Shown: piece by piece, positions 61,533-64,000 of the stretch
Layout of the letters: every line of letters begins with the position of its first letter
Position numbering within the stretch: position 1 is the first letter of the stretch
NCBI RefSeq assembly: GCF_039654945.1
Contig: NW_027361696.1
Location: 57,226,001 to 57,290,000, forward strand
Direction of reading: 5' to 3'
Length of the DNA stretch: 64,000 bases
Source of the DNA: Dendrobates tinctorius
Taxonomy: Eukaryota
Program-made: the position numbers and the translations under genes
Notes under the pieces: model-generated
What the model saw: the letters and a program-made list of their open reading frames with translations, nothing else
What the model was told of the DNA's origin: nothing
The model's database searches: none

Positions 61533-64000
61533 GGATATGTGCCCACGTTGCGGATTTGCCTGGGGAAATTTCTGCGCAGATTCTGCATCTCTATGCAGAA
61601 AACGCATTTTTTGTGCGGATTTGATGCAGATTGACATGCGGATTTGTCTGCGGATTTGTTAGCTCAATAAAGATGTACTACTGTAAAAAAAAAATAATAA
61701 TTGCATTTTTCATGTCCTACCTGATGTGTTTCAGTCAAGATTGGCTCTATTTTTGATTCTCCACCCACACACTCTTCCTCCTTCTGATTTATTAGCATTT
61801 TAAAAATCTGCATTTTTTCAGCCGAAGCCGCATGAAATCCGCTTCAAATCCTCAGACATTTTTACACCTGCGGGTTTGTTGCGGATTTAAGTACCTCAGT
61901 GGAAGTCAAGCCTCAGTGGAAGTCAATGGGGAAAAACGCTGCAGATCCGCAAAAAGAATTGACATGCTGCGGAAAATAAAAATCGGGACGGAATTTTCCG
62001 CAGCCTGTGCACTCCAATTCTGGATTCGCATTGATTAATCTTGCTTGAGCAATCATTTGCGGATTTGGTGCAATTCCACGCAGAAAAACCGCTGCGGATC
62101 CCCAACAAATCTGCAACGTGTGCACATAGCCTGTTTTTGACTTGCAGATTTGGTGCAGCAAATAATCTGATCCATGTCAGTTCTCTGTTAGTTTTTGCCA
62201 TCATTTTTCACCATCGACCTCACTCAAATCAGTCAAAAAACGCATCAGAAAGGCTGGTTTCACACTTGCGTTTTTTTGCGCTGAGTTTTTGCACACACAT
62301 GCGCATGCGTTTTTTTCCCCTATACTTAACATGGGTGCGCATAGTCATGCGTTTGTGCGTTTGTATGCGCATGCGTTTTTTTGTAGTGTGCGCCCGGGCG
62401 CACAAAATGCATCCTGTTGCATTTTTTGTGCGTCCGACCTGTCTCAAAAAAAGCATGCACACGCAATGCACACGAAATTCACCCAAAACCTATTAAAGTC
62501 TATGTGAGCGATGACGTGCGCATGGTCATGCGCACGTCAGCGCAAAAAAAAGCATGCGGTTTTTTTGCAAAAACCATGCGCAGAAAAACAAGAAAACGCA
62601 TTACAAAATGCATGATGCGTTTTTATGCGCGTTTGCACTGCGCACGCAGCGCAATAAAAAGCAAGTGTGAAAGTAGCCAAACTCGCGTTTTTGCAGCTAC
62701 TTCTTTCCTGCCAAGAGATGCAGAAATTTCTGCATCCATTTACTCAACGTGTGCACACAGCCTTATCCAGCTGGTAACAGCCTCTAACACCTGAGATCGG
62801 AGCTGGCGTCCTGCATTCCTAATAACCCCATGAAATGCCACTGTCAGTTACTATTTAAGCTGCTAGATCCCCACTTGGGCATCTGTAAAGGGCACACCCT
62901 GCAATTGTGCAATAGTTTTTTTGTGTTTTGCTTTTAAGGATTTCATTGGGCAGTATAATTATTCCGCTCATTACGATCATGGCAATATCAAACATAGTTT
63001 AGTTTTTTTTTTTTTTTTTTACTTGAAAAGAAAATTTGAAAATATTTTGTATAAAAAAAAGAATTTGGTTTGTGTCGCCATTTTCAGAGATGCTTAACTT
63101 TTTTTTACTTTTCTGTAAATAGTGTTGTGTGAGGCCTTTTTTAATGCTTGGCAAGCTGATGTTTTTAGTGATTCCATTTTGGGGTATATACTACGTTTTC
63201 GTTGCCTTTTATTGCAGATTTTAAGGGGGCAGCGACGACCAACAGAAAACAAAAAAAAATTCTGGACTTTTATGGACGCCCTAATGCCAAGTATAGTAGA
63301 TGGTGACTGTGTAAACAGCCAGCATATGCCTGGCATGATGCGAGCTTAGCTACTGAGCCCACATGGACCAGACATAGTATAAGTCTGAAAGGGGTTACAC
63401 ATTAATTGGCTAGTTTAGAAAAGCTGTCTAAGTTTTGGACAGCGTGTACCAAATTTATCAGTGTGTCATACTGCTCAAGTAAATTTGGCCTAAATTTGTA
63501 CTGGTTAGGCCTGTTTCAAACTTCAGTTTTTTTACGTCAGTCAAAATCCGTCGTTTTGCAAAAAAAAACAGATCCGCCATTTTTTTTTTTTTGGCGGATC
63601 CGTTTTTTTTCCCATTGACTTGCATTGTGGCAGATTTTGATGGATGGTCATCCGTTGCATCCGTTTTTTAACGGATCCGTCAAAATTTTGACGTCCGCTG
63701 TCTTGAGTGGACGGACAATGAAACGTTTTTTGTGTGCATCAAAAAAGAGGATAGCAGTGGATCCGTCGCTGTCCACCATGCGTTATAATGGACGCCTATG
63801 GGCAACCGTTAATTGACGGGATCCGCCAATGGATCCGCCTTTTTATACTGAGCATGCCCAAAACAATTTCCTGAATTTTAACCCCGAATTCCGTTCTGGC
63901 AGGGAAAAAACTCTCTCTCTCTGTCTCTCTCTTTCCTCCTTTTTCCAGAGTCATGTCACTTTAAATTTCAAGAAAAATCTGCTAACAGCGGATCCGTCAA
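61533..64000. mobile_element. Cluster of Harbinger-type MITEs (61533-62131, 62252-62678, 63508-end) and a piggyBac-like fragment
   Basis: Inverted termini of families seen earlier in the window; last copy cut by the window edge. Confidence 0.65.

Overview
This is eukaryotic, repeat-rich genomic DNA, most likely from a frog or toad. That assignment is inferred from the mix of Tc1, hAT, Harbinger, Kolobok/T2 and piggyBac MITEs, L1/L2/CR1/Penelope, Gypsy-type LTRs and an amphibian-style CEACAM domain. One host gene is supported on the + strand, a CEACAM-like Ig-superfamily gene. Its parts are a CpG-rich promoter (~28.0-28.15 kb), a 22-nt leader exon (28151-28172), a 22-kb intron, a cysteine-less IgV N-domain exon (50192-50539) and two phase-1 micro-exons (53888-53908, 59677-59706). 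The rest of the gene probably lies beyond the window. Everything else is transposon-derived or tandem repeat. Highlights: an intact 340-aa DD34E Tc1 element with near-perfect ~208-bp TIRs; a CR1>L1>solo-LTR nest with readable TSDs; an 8.6-kb nested non-autonomous hAT composite carrying several minisatellites; LTR elements with tRNA-Ser(CGA)-type PBSs, one with a second PBS-like copy inside the LTR; and two decayed type I hammerhead-ribozyme motifs, one Penelope-associated and one in a retrozyme-like module antisense in CEACAM intron 1. The very long ORFs at 16-19.7, 22.4-23.7, 46-47 and 57-58 kb are tandem-repeat artefacts. I see no clear wholly new system. The best leads are the retrozyme-like module, the unusual CEACAM architecture and the LTR-internal PBS copy. 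All calls were made by eye, without database searches.
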